64,000 bases of DNA from Octopus sinensis. Taxonomy: Eukaryota. The notes beneath the pieces were generated by a model that was not told the origin of the DNA, did no database searches, and saw nothing but the letters and a program-made list of their open reading frames with translations. Positions 12,292-24,294 of this stretch are shown here, piece by piece. Position numbers and translations under genes: made by a program. Within the stretch, counting starts at the first letter, position 1, and each line of letters starts with the position of its first letter. Where the stretch lies: contig NC_043002.1 of assembly GCF_006345805.1 (NCBI RefSeq), positions 86,180,001-86,244,000 of the forward strand, read 5' to 3'.

Positions 12292-12745
12292 CAAACTTCT
12301 TTTGTAATGGAAGCCATTACAAAAGAGCAGAAAAACTGATGGATTGTGCACAGTGAACCAAGTTCTTTACAGAATCATTTACAGAAACAAAGGTAAAAAA
12401 GAAAAAAAAAAAACAATTATAACGGAGCAAGCTTGATTTGAAATCACTAACTTGCTAAAAGAAATGTAGGTTTATTATTTCTATTTAAAAATAAACAAAC
12501 TGAACTATCTCAAAATTTTGTTTCGCATTTTAGCCATATGTTATACTAATTAATCAAATCCATAGCCTGTGGAAGCACTATCAAGTAAAAAATGAAACTG
12601 TCTCCCTTTTTTTCCTGGTCATCAACCAATCTCATATTTTCCACCATTTTCCTCCTTGTTTATGTCTTAATGTTGCTCTACTATTTTTGTGGTCTTCCTC
12701 TTTTCCCACTTGGAGAGAAAATAAAGAACATGTAGAGGCTAGCGA

Positions 12746-12776
12746 TCTACCATGGCATATATACATACATAAATAT

Positions 12777-12811
<35 letters not shown>

Positions 12812-12902
12812 CATACATAAATATATACATATATATACATACATAAATATATACATATATATACATACATAAATATTTACACATATATATATACATACAT
12901 AA

Positions 12903-12954
<52 letters not shown>

Positions 12955-13037
12955 TATATATATATATATAAACATACATAAATATATACATATATATACA
13001 TACATAAATATTTACACATATATATATACATACATAA

Positions 13038-13086
<49 letters not shown>

Positions 13087-13105
13087 CACACATAAATATA
13101 CATTG
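12746..13105. repeat. Compound TA/CA/TACA microsatellite with ~135-bp higher-order period
   Basis: The block aaatatttacacatatatatatacatacataaatacacacac recurs near 12870 and 13007. Confidence 0.9.
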
Positions 13106-13189
13106 CAACACTGTATATAAATTCCCTACTGGGAATGACCAAGTTTAAAAATCTGCTAGATCTCACTCATAAGGGAATCTTACATTGTT

Positions 13190-13485
13190 TATAAACTCTA
13201 TATTTGGAAGGTCTCATATTAAACCGTGTTGGACTTTTGGATTTTACTCAAAGGATATTGGAATATTGCATATATACCATTATGCCTATAAAACGGATTT
13301 ACAACTTCAATACCCATACATATCTTACATCTATTTTCTTTCCTCCACCTCACTCTCTATTTTGTATCACATCTAAACTATCTATGACTTAATTTTCCTC
13401 TCACACCGTCTCCGATGAAGGGATATTATTAATTAATTTCCTAGAAACAGCTGTAAGACCTTCTATCTATAAATGCTCTAATATC
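13190..13485 (+). mobile_element. Penelope-like retroelement 3' remnant (tentative)
   Basis: TQRILEYCIYTIMP resembles the GIY-YIG C-terminal RxIxExxxIxxxxP motif; hammerhead-like motif at the end; inverted partial copy of the terminus (gaaggtctca near 13209 vs taagaccttc at 13454). Confidence 0.5.
13408..13459 (+). ncRNA. Candidate minimal type I hammerhead ribozyme motif
   Basis: gtct-CCGATGA-aggga..ttcct-a-GAAA-cagctg-TA-agac: stem I gtct/agac, stem II aggga/ttcct, palindromic stem III acagctgt, GUA site; deviates from consensus by U4C and an extra A. Confidence 0.45.
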
Positions 13486-13984
13486 TATACAGCCTTGGTT
13501 TTTTATCTTATTATTACAATACCATCATGTGTGGCAAGCGAATTATCAGCTGTATTAATAAAATATATACATACAATATTAGATATGTACATATATACAC
13601 AAGAGTACTATATGAGTACCTATATCGCTAAAAAATACAAGTCGGAAAATACTTCTGTACCACCAAATAGTCACAAATCTATTACAGACATGACAGGAAA
13701 AAAGTATCAGCGAACAATGATAATGTTTTACATCTACTGGGTCAGAATAAGTAAATGTTGGTCAACCTGATACCGGTTTCGAAATTCAGTGCCAAATACG
13801 AGCCCAATTTCTCATCAGCCAAAGCCTGCCAGCTAAATTACTACTAACATTCTCCCCCACCATGCCTGCAAAAGTTCATATCTAATATCGTATGTATATA
13901 TTTTATTAATTTGCTTGTACAACTGACAATTCACTTGCCACTCATGATGGTATTTTAATAATATCATCCCTATATTTATAAAAG

Positions 13985-14279
13985 CGATCACGCTTCAGGA
14001 CCAGTTGCTGCAAAAGCCTGGGTTTCAGGGGTGCACAGCTTTTTAATATTCTCCCAAAGAGCCTGAGGAACCTGCACAAAGTAGATGTAGGCATTTCTAA
14101 ATCAAGGCTGGACATCTCCCTGTCAAGAGTCCTGGATGAATCTACATCATGGCATGAAGAGTAAATGAGGGTAGCTACTTCAAACTCCATTCCTCACCAA
14201 GTGCCACATATTAGACGAGGACCTCAGTAATATCAGTGTAGCAAAACAGCGGTGCTCCACCATCGCTACAGAAAAAAAA
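13985..14279 (+). mobile_element. CR1/L2-group LINE 3' end (short copy)
   Basis: RTSCCKSLGFRGAQLFNILPKSLRNLHKVDVG...RVATSNSI, homologous to the minus-strand copy next to it. Confidence 0.85.
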
Positions 14280-14305
14280 TACATATATATAAATATATAT
14301 ATATA

Positions 14306-15585
14306 TTATCTAGTTTCAGCTCACAAGCTGTGGCCATGCTGGGGCATCACCATTTGGTGCTGCTACATAATTTTACTTCATGAATGCTTTTTAGGAATTG
14401 ACATTAGGTGCATGAGAGAGTTTGATGCAGCTGCCCTCATCTGCACCTCCTGCTGCGAGGTTGGTTCATCTGGGACACCTGACAAGAAGAGGTCCAGCTT
14501 TATTTTGAAGACACCTACATCCACCCCATGCAGGCCTCTCAGGACCTTCGGGAGGATATTGAAGAGCTGTGGACCTTTGAAGCCCAGGCTATTGCAGTAT
14601 CTTGTCCTACGCCTTGATGGCAAATTTGGAGTCCTTGGCACTATGCAGTGGTGCCCAGTTCTGGTATTTGTGTAACTCTTGATGCCAAAGTTTGGGACAA
14701 GTCCTTCCAGGATCTTCCAGATGTATATTATGGCATATCTTTCTCGCCTAAGCTCTAAGGAATAGAGTCTTAATCTCTCGAGTCTTTCCTAATAGCTTAT
14801 ATGCTGCACAGAGGCTATCTTCTTCGTGTAGCTTCGTTGGATCGCCTCCAGTTCTGAGATTAATTTAACACTGGTTAGTGACCATAGCTGAGAGCAATAG
14901 TCAAAGTGGTTTAAGACGAGTGTCCTCCAGAGGACCATCATGGTTTCCTGGTCTCTTGTTCTAAAAGTTCTAAGAAACTATCTGGTCAGCCGCCTGCATT
15001 TCATTGCTAATTTAGCAACATGCACATGAAAGGATGCATCATTACTCATGTAAATGCCCAGATCTCGCATTGACTGTGCCTCTGGAATTGCAATCCCTCC
15101 AGGTCCAATATATTTATTGGGCATTGCATTTAGTTTTGCATGCTGATAGCACAAGGCTTGAAACTTTTCAGCATTAAACTGCATGCTATTCTTTTCAGCC
15201 CCACTTGTATATTTCATCCAGCTCACATTGCAGGTGCATAGTGTTTTCAGGGTTCTGTATTACCTGTGAGACTTTTGTATCATCTGCATAATTTGTGATC
15301 GTGCCTCTGTGTGTGGCTGAGGGCATGTCTGAGAGGGCCTTTATGAACAGTAGTAGTCCCAAAACAGTGTCTTGCGGAACACCGCTCACTATTTGAGTAT
15401 CATTGGAGGTGGCCCCATTGGCTACTACCACCAGACTTCTATCCTTCAGAAAGTCATGAAGCCATTCTCCCAATTTTCCAACTATGCCAAGATCACGCAG
15501 TTTGTGACATATCATTCCATGATCGACTTTATCAAAGGCCTTTGCAAAGTCGAGATATATCACTTCCACATTTGAGTAGTTGAGC
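14306..15585 (-). mobile_element. 5'-truncated CR1/L2-group LINE (reverse transcriptase remnant)
   Basis: YLDFAKAFDKVDH, SGVPQDTVLG, YADDTK, FNAEKFQ and C-terminal GPQLFNILP...VPDEP...RAAASNSL; frameshifted. Confidence 0.92.
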
Positions 15586-15597
15586 TGGTATTTCTGA

Positions 15598-15665
15598 GTT
15601 CTGAGTTCAAAGCACAAGGTCGACTTTGCCCTTCACTCTTGCAAGGTTGATAAAAAGTATCAATA
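15598..15665 (+). mobile_element. SINE fragment (Meta-core-like family)
   Basis: ttctgagttcaaa...ggtcgactttgcc. Confidence 0.6.
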
Positions 15666-18034
15666 CGGGGAGGCTGGTTGGTAGAATTGCAAGAGGATCA
15701 GAGCAGAAAGATGCGTTGTGGTATCTGTTCTAGTTCTGCATCCTGATAGTAATGCCTATGATAAAATTTATGGCAAGCTATATCAGCTCAAGTTGGTAAG
15801 CTTTTCTTTGGATAAACAGCAGTGTGTGGAGGAAGAAGACATGTGTATGAGTAACTGCCAGTCATCCTTAAAAAAAAAATTGCATAAGCCTGCACATGTA
15901 TATGCAGACACATGGTTGACCTTGACCAATAGAGGCCCCTATAAAGAATTTAATCCAGCACTCTATTATTTCTGTTACCTTTAAATAAGTCCATAATAAG
16001 ATTAACAAAAAACAAACAAACTATAAAACCACATCATTTTCCAAAGGCAAAAAAAAAACAAAGAAAAAAGAAAGTTAGTGTATATATACAATACTATAGT
16101 TGGAGTAAAATAAATGAAACAGAAAAATTATCGATGCTCAGTATCCTGTATTATCTCTCTGCAGTACTCCAAAAACCTTTACATAATAATCAATAATTAA
16201 AAGGCAAATAAACGAAGGCTGAGGAGATGAATGAAATGGATAAGAGGAAGCAGTACAGAAGAGATCAAAGACAAGACAGACAAAACATGTCTGCCAGATT
16301 CAGTGAGTGAAGTGGTAACATTACTGACAGAATACTAGATATTAGCAATAATCGATATAGTAAGGATCATGTAAAAACATTGAAAAGTAATGTAATTCTT
16401 CTAATGCTTAATATTTTAAGGAAACATAAAAGAAATGAGATTGTATAATATCTGATATCGAAATTATATGAGAGGTAATATTAATAAAAGAAATAAAAAA
16501 TATATTGATAGAAAACATGTTTCCATTGATTAAAGTTCTAGAAGAGAATATCTGAAGCACTTTACAATAGAGTTACAGCTAAAAACTTAAAAATCATAAA
16601 CAGCATTCAGTGTAACAGAAGTAATTCAGCATTGTAAATGTAATGCTTTTAAAATGAATATTTACTACACTGGGCTGTCCCCAGAGACTGGGTATTTGCA
16701 TTTATTTATTGTCAGTAATATCATATTGATTCCCACCAGATCTTCAGTTAATTACAGTTTAGTTTCATAGAATAAAAACTTAGTTTTTATTTACTATGAA
16801 AAAATTATTCTAAGAGAGCAGTGTCAACCAACCATTTCAAAAAAGAAAAAAAAACAGCCATTTAAAAATAATTTCAGTTAATTTTAAAAGGATATGTGAT
16901 TAATGCCAACACTTAAGTTACATAATGCTTCAGGTTTTGATGATATTATGATTCTACCTTGCAATTTACATTACTGAAAGCTTAAATTTGGTCATCTTGC
17001 ACCACTATGAAAACAATTAGTTAAAACATGGTGACATAACTATGCTGATAACAGAAAGATTCTTTCTAATTTTGTGCAGTCTCTAAGATCATATACCAAT
17101 CAGTCACATACTTGGAAAATAGAAGCTATTTAGTGCTAGTGACAGAATTAATAAACAGAACAATATCGTCAAAATCTATAATTGGTTCAATGCTAGATCT
17201 AGATTGAATAAACTGATTACTTCCCAAATGAGCTCAGCAACATTTTATTTTTTTGCTACATAGTTTAGTTAGAAAAGGAAGAGCAGTGAACATGGCCTTT
17301 TTGAAGGAACTTTGAAATTTGTTTGGTAAAGGAAGGAACAGTCCTTCAGTCTCTGTTTCCACTCAACAGAATGGGAGAAGATACTAAGGTATGGCACAGT
17401 GGGATCAAACCCAGAACCATATTGCCATTCAGCAAAACAATTTTACAGAAGTCTAAAAATCTACAAAGCCGCTGTGTGTGTAATACTTTTTAGTTACATC
17501 CCTGATATTTTTGGATTCTCCAATAAAAACACATCACAGAATTTATATTTAAAAAAAAAACAAACGTATTTTCATTACTCTGTTGATTGCCTAACTATCA
17601 GTGCTATCGCTGAATTATGGCTTTTATGGATGGAGTCTGATTCTTGTTTCTAGCCCAAAAAGCTAAATCATAATTATTTTATCTGCAGTTTATCAGCATT
17701 ATTAAAGTGTGCAACAGTGAACATAAATTTATATTTTATTATTTAAGCTTCACAATCATTTTTAATTTAATGGTCATAAAAATTATATCAACCAAAGTTA
17801 TAAAATCTTGGGGAAAACAAATTAAAAAATACAGCTGACGCATTTCTATACACTGACATTGTGTAAACAAGTTTTGTTAAATACTTTTCACAATGCTAGA
17901 GTGTTAAAGCACATGCTCAGAATAATACTTATAACAATAGTTTCTAACACAAACACAAAAGCTAGAAATTTTAGGAAAAGGATTACTCAATTCTTCAAAC
18001 CCAGCATATAACTGGTATTTCATTTTATCCTGTA

Positions 18035-18380
18035 GCCGTTTGCCAGCCCTGTCTGGCCCCCGTGTTGGTGGCACGTAAAAGCACCATCCGTTCGTGTCCG
18101 TTGCCAGCCTCGCCTGGCCCCGTGCCGGTGACATGTAAAAGCACCATCCGTTCGTGGCCGTTTGCCAGCTCTGTCTGGCACCTGTGCGGGTGGCACGTAA
18201 AAAGCACCCACTACACTCACGGAGTGGTTGGCGTTAGGAAGGGCATCCAGCCGTAGAAACACTGCCAGATCTGACTGGGCCTGATGAAGCCTTCCAGCCT
18301 CACAGACCCCAGTTGAACCGTCCAATCCATGCTAGCATGGAGAACAGACGCTAAATGATGATGATGATGATGATGATGAT
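18035..18380 (+). mobile_element. Retroposon with internal ~60-bp tandem units and (GAT)n tail
   Basis: Repeated ggcacgtaaaagcacc units, then ttaggaagggcatccagccgtagaaac...catgctagcatgg...gatgat. Confidence 0.8.
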
Positions 18381-18574
18381 GTTGTAGGGCTGAAAGGCAA
18401 AGTTGTTCTTGGTAGGAGTTACACTCAGAACATAAGCCAGAAGAAATATTCGAAGCATTTTGTCTGGTGGTCTGATGATTCTGTCAGTCCACCAACTTTA
18501 AACAATGATGATGATAGTGATGGTGATGATTATGACGGTGACGGTGATGGTATGGTTATGATATTAGGACCAAG

Positions 18575-19060
18575 CTTGAGAGGAGGAAGAGGGGAGAGAG
18601 AGAGAGAGAGAGAGAAAAAAGAGAATGAAGAGGAGAGAGGAGGAAAAAGAAGAGGATAGAGAGGAGAAAGAGAAGGAAGGAGAGGAAGGGAATGAAGGAG
18701 AGAGAGGTGAGAGGAGGAGGTAAAGGATAGAGAGGAGAAAGAGGAGGAAGGGAATGAAGAGGGAGGAGGAGGAGGTAAAGGATAGAGAGAAGAAAGAGGA
18801 CAGAGAGGAAGGGAATGAAGAGGGAGGAGGAGGAGGTAAAGGATAGAGAGGAGAAAGAGGAGGACGGAGAGGAAGGGAATGAAGAGGGAGGAGGAGGAGG
18901 TAAAGGATAGAGAGGAGAAAGAGGAGGAAAGGGATTAAGAGGAGGAGGAGGAGCGAGAAGGAGAAAGAGGATAGAGAAGAGAAAGAGGAGGAAGGAGGAG
19001 AAGGGAAGAGGAGTGAGAGGAGAGAGGAGGAGGATAGAGAGGAGAAAGAGGAGGAGAAGG
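18575..19060. repeat. Long polypurine compound repeat
   Basis: About 480 nt almost entirely G/A on +, with a recurring unit gaggaggaggtaaaggatagagaggagaaagagg...gggaatgaa. Confidence 0.9.
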
Positions 19061-19074
19061 TTAGTTAATACTTT

Positions 19075-19351
19075 GACCCAGTAGTTGACTGACCTTTATT
19101 TTCACTGGTCTTCCACAGACAAAAGACAAAATTGACCTCAACTGGATTTAAACAAAGGATGATTACAATAATAATCATTTCTACTATAGGCACAAGGCCT
19201 GAATTTTGTGGGGAGGTGCAAGTTGATTACATCCACCCCAAAAGGATGAAAAGCAAAGTCAACCCTGGCAGAATTCAAACTCAGTATGTAAATACGGATG
19301 AAATGCTACTAAGCATTTTGTCTGACATATTAATGATTCTGCCATCTCATC

Positions 19352-19382
<31 letters not shown>

Positions 19383-19830
19383 GTTTCAAATTTTGCCACA
19401 AGGCAGCCATTTTGGGAGGAGGGGATAAATCGATTACATCAACCCCAGTGCTCCACTGGTGTTTATTTTATCAACCCAGAAAGGACAAAAGGCAAAGTCA
19501 ACTTCAGCAGAATTTGAACTCAGCACATAAAGATGGCCGAAATATCACTAAGCATTTTGCCCAGCATGCTAACAATTCTGCCAGCTCACCACCTTAATAA
19601 TAATTATTATTATTTCTACTAAATGCACAGGGCCTGAAATTTTTTTTTTTTTTTTTTTTTTGGTGTGGGGACTAGTTGATTACATTGACCCCAGTGTTTC
19701 ACTGGTACTTAATTTATCGACTCTGAAAGGATGAAAGACAAAGTCAATCTTGGCAAAGAACATAGCAACAGGCAAAATTTCACTAAGCATTTCATCCAGC
19801 ATGCTAATGATTTGGCCAGCTCACTGCCTT
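19075..19830 (-). mobile_element. Cluster of Meta-core-like SINE copies separated by (AAT)n
   Basis: Three or more copies of aaaggatgaaaggcaaagtcaacc...ggaatttgaactcag...ctgccagctc (about 19178-19351, 19382-19594, 19612-19830). Confidence 0.85.
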
Positions 19831-19947
19831 TTTAATAATAATAATAATAATGATGATGATAATAATAATAATAATAATAATAATGATAATAATAATAATG
19901 ATAATAATAATGATAATAATAATAATAATAATGATAATAATAATAAT

Positions 19948-20149
19948 GACAAATACATAACAAAAACACCAGGACTTACAAACACATATAACATACAGAA
20001 AATTGCACTACTAGGCACTGCACACATCCTACGCAGAACACTTTCCATACAATAACCATCAGAGCATCACAACAAATCACAGCACATACCCAAGGCACAC
20101 AGAGCTGCGCTCGGTAGTGAAGTGAAAGCACGCTATAAAAATAAAACTA

Positions 20150-20153
<4 letters not shown>
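19948..20153 (+). mobile_element. R4/Dong-like LINE 3' end in an (AAT)n tract
   Basis: DKYITKTPGLTNTYNIQKIALLGTAHILRRTLSIQ* plus 3' UTR; nearly identical to 33906-34110. Confidence 0.85.
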
Positions 20154-20190
<37 letters not shown>

Positions 20191-20251
20191 TGATAATGAT
20201 AATAATAATAATGATAATAATGATAATAATAATAATTATTATTATTATTAT

Positions 20252-20477
20252 TATTTCTTTACTACCCTCAAGGGGCTAAACACAGAGGGGACAAACAAGG
20301 ACAGACAAACGGATTAAGTCGATTACATCGACCCCAGTGCGTAACTGATACTTAATTTATCGACTCCGATAGGATGAAAGGCAAAGTCGACCTCGGCGGA
20401 ATTTGAACTCAGAATGTAACGGCAGACGAAATACCGCTAAGCATTTCGCCTGGAGTGCTACCGTTTCTGCCAGCACG
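20252..20477 (-). mobile_element. Meta-core-like SINE, near full length
   Basis: A/B boxes, gtcgactttgcctttcatcc core and cccttg...gtagtaaagaaata tail on the minus strand. Confidence 0.9.
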
Positions 20478-21034
20478 ATAATAATAATAATAATAATAAT
20501 AATAATAGTAATAATAATAATAATAATGATGATGATGATAATAATGACAACACTTTTAAGTCTACATATGCAATAACTCATAGACTGATCTTTTTGATTT
20601 TCTGAGATGAAGGATTCCTAAATTAATTTTGATTTTTTTTATTCAAAGTATGAAAAATGATTATGATAAATAGTTTTTGCTGCTGAATCAGAGGGAATTT
20701 TTTATAGAATGATGTTAACTTAATCAAATAAGAAAGTAACAAACTATGTTGTTACTCTGTGTTTTCCAAATGTAATTGCATTACAAAAACATTTACTGTG
20801 AAATCATATTTTTCATAGAAATTGTCTTTATTGAGTTGTCAATCAGGATTGCCACATCAATAGGTAATATATGTAACCAAGAAAATATCAAATATGAGTC
20901 TACATTTTTCAAAGACTGTCTTATGAAGTTGTGGTGATTTATATAATAACAAATAACCTTGAATGAGAATATTTACTAAATCGCATAAATGTACTGATAT
21001 TTGAGGTGACAGAAAAAGAAGCAGTTGTACTCAT

Positions 21035-21345
21035 GGCCTCTCCAGGTCATGTGAGAGAGGTGGCATACAGTCAATGTTCCTCTCGAATAGTTCAAAATTA
21101 ATAACTGCAGAGAAAACATGAGCAGGGAGAGAATTTCTGATGTTCAGTACTGTGGGAAATAAAGGCTGGGCAAGGCTTGAGGGAAGAGTTGATACAATAA
21201 TAAGTAATAAGAGGGGAATTAATGAGTTAGAGTACTTGAATGAAGTTAGAATGAGACCAGTAAGTTTTGGAGAACAGAGGCCACTATAGGTAATATAGAA
21301 CAAGTAGACTGAGGAGATAGTACTTTTGTGAGTCGGAGGTTGGAG
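21035..21345 (-). mobile_element. Degenerate L2/CR1-group LINE C-terminal fragment
   Basis: SVYLFYITYSGLCSPKLTGLI...RNSLPAHVF..NFELFERNI resembles LFYRYYxGxCSxEL...WNSLPxxVFP..NLxxFK. Confidence 0.6.
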
Positions 21346-22129
21346 ACTACTGGCAAATGACTTCATGCCAATCAACTGAATAATCTATATAGCTGGCCTC
21401 TTTACTTCTATATTAGCAGATATAGTTTAAATCTTTTTTGATTTTGTAATTTTTCCTTCATTTCCAATCTAGACAAAAAGCAGCACTAAAGCTCCTCAAA
21501 TTGGAATTCATACTGTTAAACATCAGCCCTATATGTTTTTAAAGTGGAACTTAAAACAGCTTATGAATTAAATGAAATCTAAACAACTACTGGTTAATTT
21601 CTTTCATATGTACAATTCACAAATCATGAATATAAATATAAACTTTGATTTCAGATTCTTTCTGAAATGAAATATGCATTTCACTTGATCGTGTTATTTA
21701 AATAATAATAAAATATAAATAGGTGAAAAAATAAAATGTTCAAAAATAGATTGAACAGTGTTTGCAGTTTATTAAAAGAAAATATTTCAAAGCATGCTTG
21801 AATATGTGGAAATAAATGATTTAACCTAGAAGGCATACATCGTATATCATTGATAAATTAAATCTGTGAACTACATACAACCTTGAGGTCTAACTAGCAT
21901 CTAACATAGAAATCACAAATACCAATATCATTTTTACATGCTGCTTATTTGTTTGAATGAAAAAGAGAGCTAAAAACCGTTTCAATAGAATATTCTAGTT
22001 GCTAGACACTTCACTAATATCGTAGCTATAGTCTAAGTATGTTCTAACAATTCCTTTACAAGTAGCTTTGTAAAACCTACAAAACAGAATGTATGAGAGG
22101 GTTGGGTGATATTAAATTTTACTGCTGTT

Positions 22130-22330
22130 GTGCAGTCTTGTAAAAAGCGTTTCCATGAACATGCCTCATGGAACTCACTTCCTTCATGTTTCCCAGATAA
22201 TTATAATTTTATTTCTTTTAAATTTCTTGCTGCTTGTTTTGTGATTCTTAGGGCAACTCTTGTTAGATTTTTAATTTCTTTTTCTTGTGACTCCCAGCAT
22301 ACTAACTAAGTGGTTGTTTGGGGCTTATTT
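22130..22330 (+). mobile_element. Degenerate L2/CR1-group LINE C-terminal fragment
   Basis: SWNSLPSCFPDNYNFISFK motif. Confidence 0.55.
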
Positions 22331-24029
22331 TATTACTGATTGCTGCCTTGTTGAGAATGACTTAACAAAAAACAAAAAAGTATTCTAAAAAGAGAACTTG
22401 ATTAGATATTTTTTGTTTGATTTTTTTTAAAAACAGTTTTGGATGATCTAATACTAAAATAAATGGAAACATGTACTGGTAAAATATATAATAAACCATT
22501 CAATGGCTTAATTACTTGATGACATACAAGATAAAAAATATATCTCAAAAAGTCACCCTGAGTCCTATATGTTAAGTTGAACCTCGAACTAAATATTACA
22601 TGCTTTAATGTATTAAAAGCTTCTCTTTTTTTTTGTTTCCTGAATATGCACTGCTGAAATAGATATGCATCCAAGATGCTCATGCATCTTTTATGCTATC
22701 AAATACTGTAATTACTTTACTGCTTCTAGTCTAATATGATAAATGCTGATAAGGAAATGGGTTAGAGAAATGGGTTTTTAGCAATATTAAATAAATGCAA
22801 ATGAATAAAAATGGAATTTCTAAGATTTAAACAATGGAATCCAAAATATGGCAAAAGTATTTTAACACTTTAATTCTCTTTCTATTTGAAACCTTGTACC
22901 TTGGAAACTTTGGAGAACTCTTGTGACTATCGTTGACAAAATCCTTATCAAACATTTGTCACTAACAAACTATTTCTAACAAATTAACCCCCCCCCCCAA
23001 GACTAAGCTATGTTGAACTGTCACTTATTTTAGTATTTCAGGTATTTCTAATTAAGAAACTGAATCGTTTTAAGTGAGGTTTCTTTAATGAGAAGAGCAT
23101 GAATGTTATTTACGACTTCTTTATTGATGATTTTTAAAATTCATACTGAAAAATATTAATAGATGAATGTTTTGCATGATATCAAAATGACATTTGAACT
23201 GAATAAATTCTTACTTCTGACTTATAAATCAACATAAAAGCTTTGGAAACTGAGATATTCTAACACCTGTTGTAAAAGAATAAAATCTAAAAAATTAATT
23301 CTACTTAGTCATATATTTTACAATGATATTATAAACAAAACTTGAATAACCAAGGAATATTACTCCAAGCAATCAAAACTTTCCTTGTACAACATATCAA
23401 TGTTCTACATTTCATAACAATACATTTATAGCCTTAGTATTAATATAACAGATTTAGATTATTTATTCAGTCAATTACACAGATCTGTTCCATTGCCAAT
23501 GTTCATATTAACAGTGACAGTACAATCTTTTTCTAAAAAAGCAAATACTCTAAAAGAAGCAAAAGGTCAATAAAAAATGTTCAGTTTCAATAATTTCTTT
23601 CAAAGAAGTAACTGCTAAATATACAAAGCATACTTCTAAATATAACAAATAAAATATCTAGTGAGTTAAAAGTGAAATCTATAAAAAAATACTCAGCGTA
23701 CAATGACATTTCTGTGAACTGACACCTACTGTGGTGTTCTAGAGAAACATGTTATCAATAACATTTTTTCTTGTAACTTTAACTTGCCCATAACCAAAGC
23801 AATGATACCACATTCTCTCTCTTCCGCACTCACAAATGAAGACATTGAAGTGTTAGATTCATTGTAGCACTGGAAATTATCAAACTCTGCTATGGATTAA
23901 TAATCGATCATGTAGAAACTCTTTTGTTGGCTAGAAAAAAAAATACCCACCATGTAATAATAATAGATGCAAGTTATATTAAATTGGTTAGAAATATGTA
24001 ACTCATAGCATCAGCCAACTACTACTTTC

Positions 24030-24262
24030 ATATTTCTTTATTGCCCACAAGGGGCTAAACATAGAGGGGACAAACAAGGACAGACAAAGAGATCAAGTCG
24101 TTTTAGATCGACCCCAGTGTGCAACTGGTACTTAATTTATCGACCCCAGAAGGATGAAACACAAAGTCAACCTCGGCGGAATTTGAACTCAGAACGTAAC
24201 AGCAGACAAAATACCGCTAAGCATTTCACCCGGCGTGCTAACATTTCTGCCAGCTCGCCGCC
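24030..24262 (-). mobile_element. Full-length Meta-core-like SINE
   Basis: Complete head and tail; short TSD tactttc on both sides. Confidence 0.9.
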
Positions 24263-24294
24263 TACTTTCTTATGAAGCAAAAGTTATTGCAAGA

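Noticed and set aside
14378-15617. Reverse transcriptase ORFs as a functional gene
   Set aside because: 5'-truncated, frameshifted LINE copy with no endonuclease domain
18060-18210. Repeat-spacer-like pattern (also 32752-32810)
   Set aside because: The intervening segments are homologous to each other, there are no cas genes and the context is eukaryotic; not CRISPR
23834-23930. Minus-strand segment with good acceptor and donor
   Set aside because: Stops in all three frames; shows that splice-like matches occur by chance here
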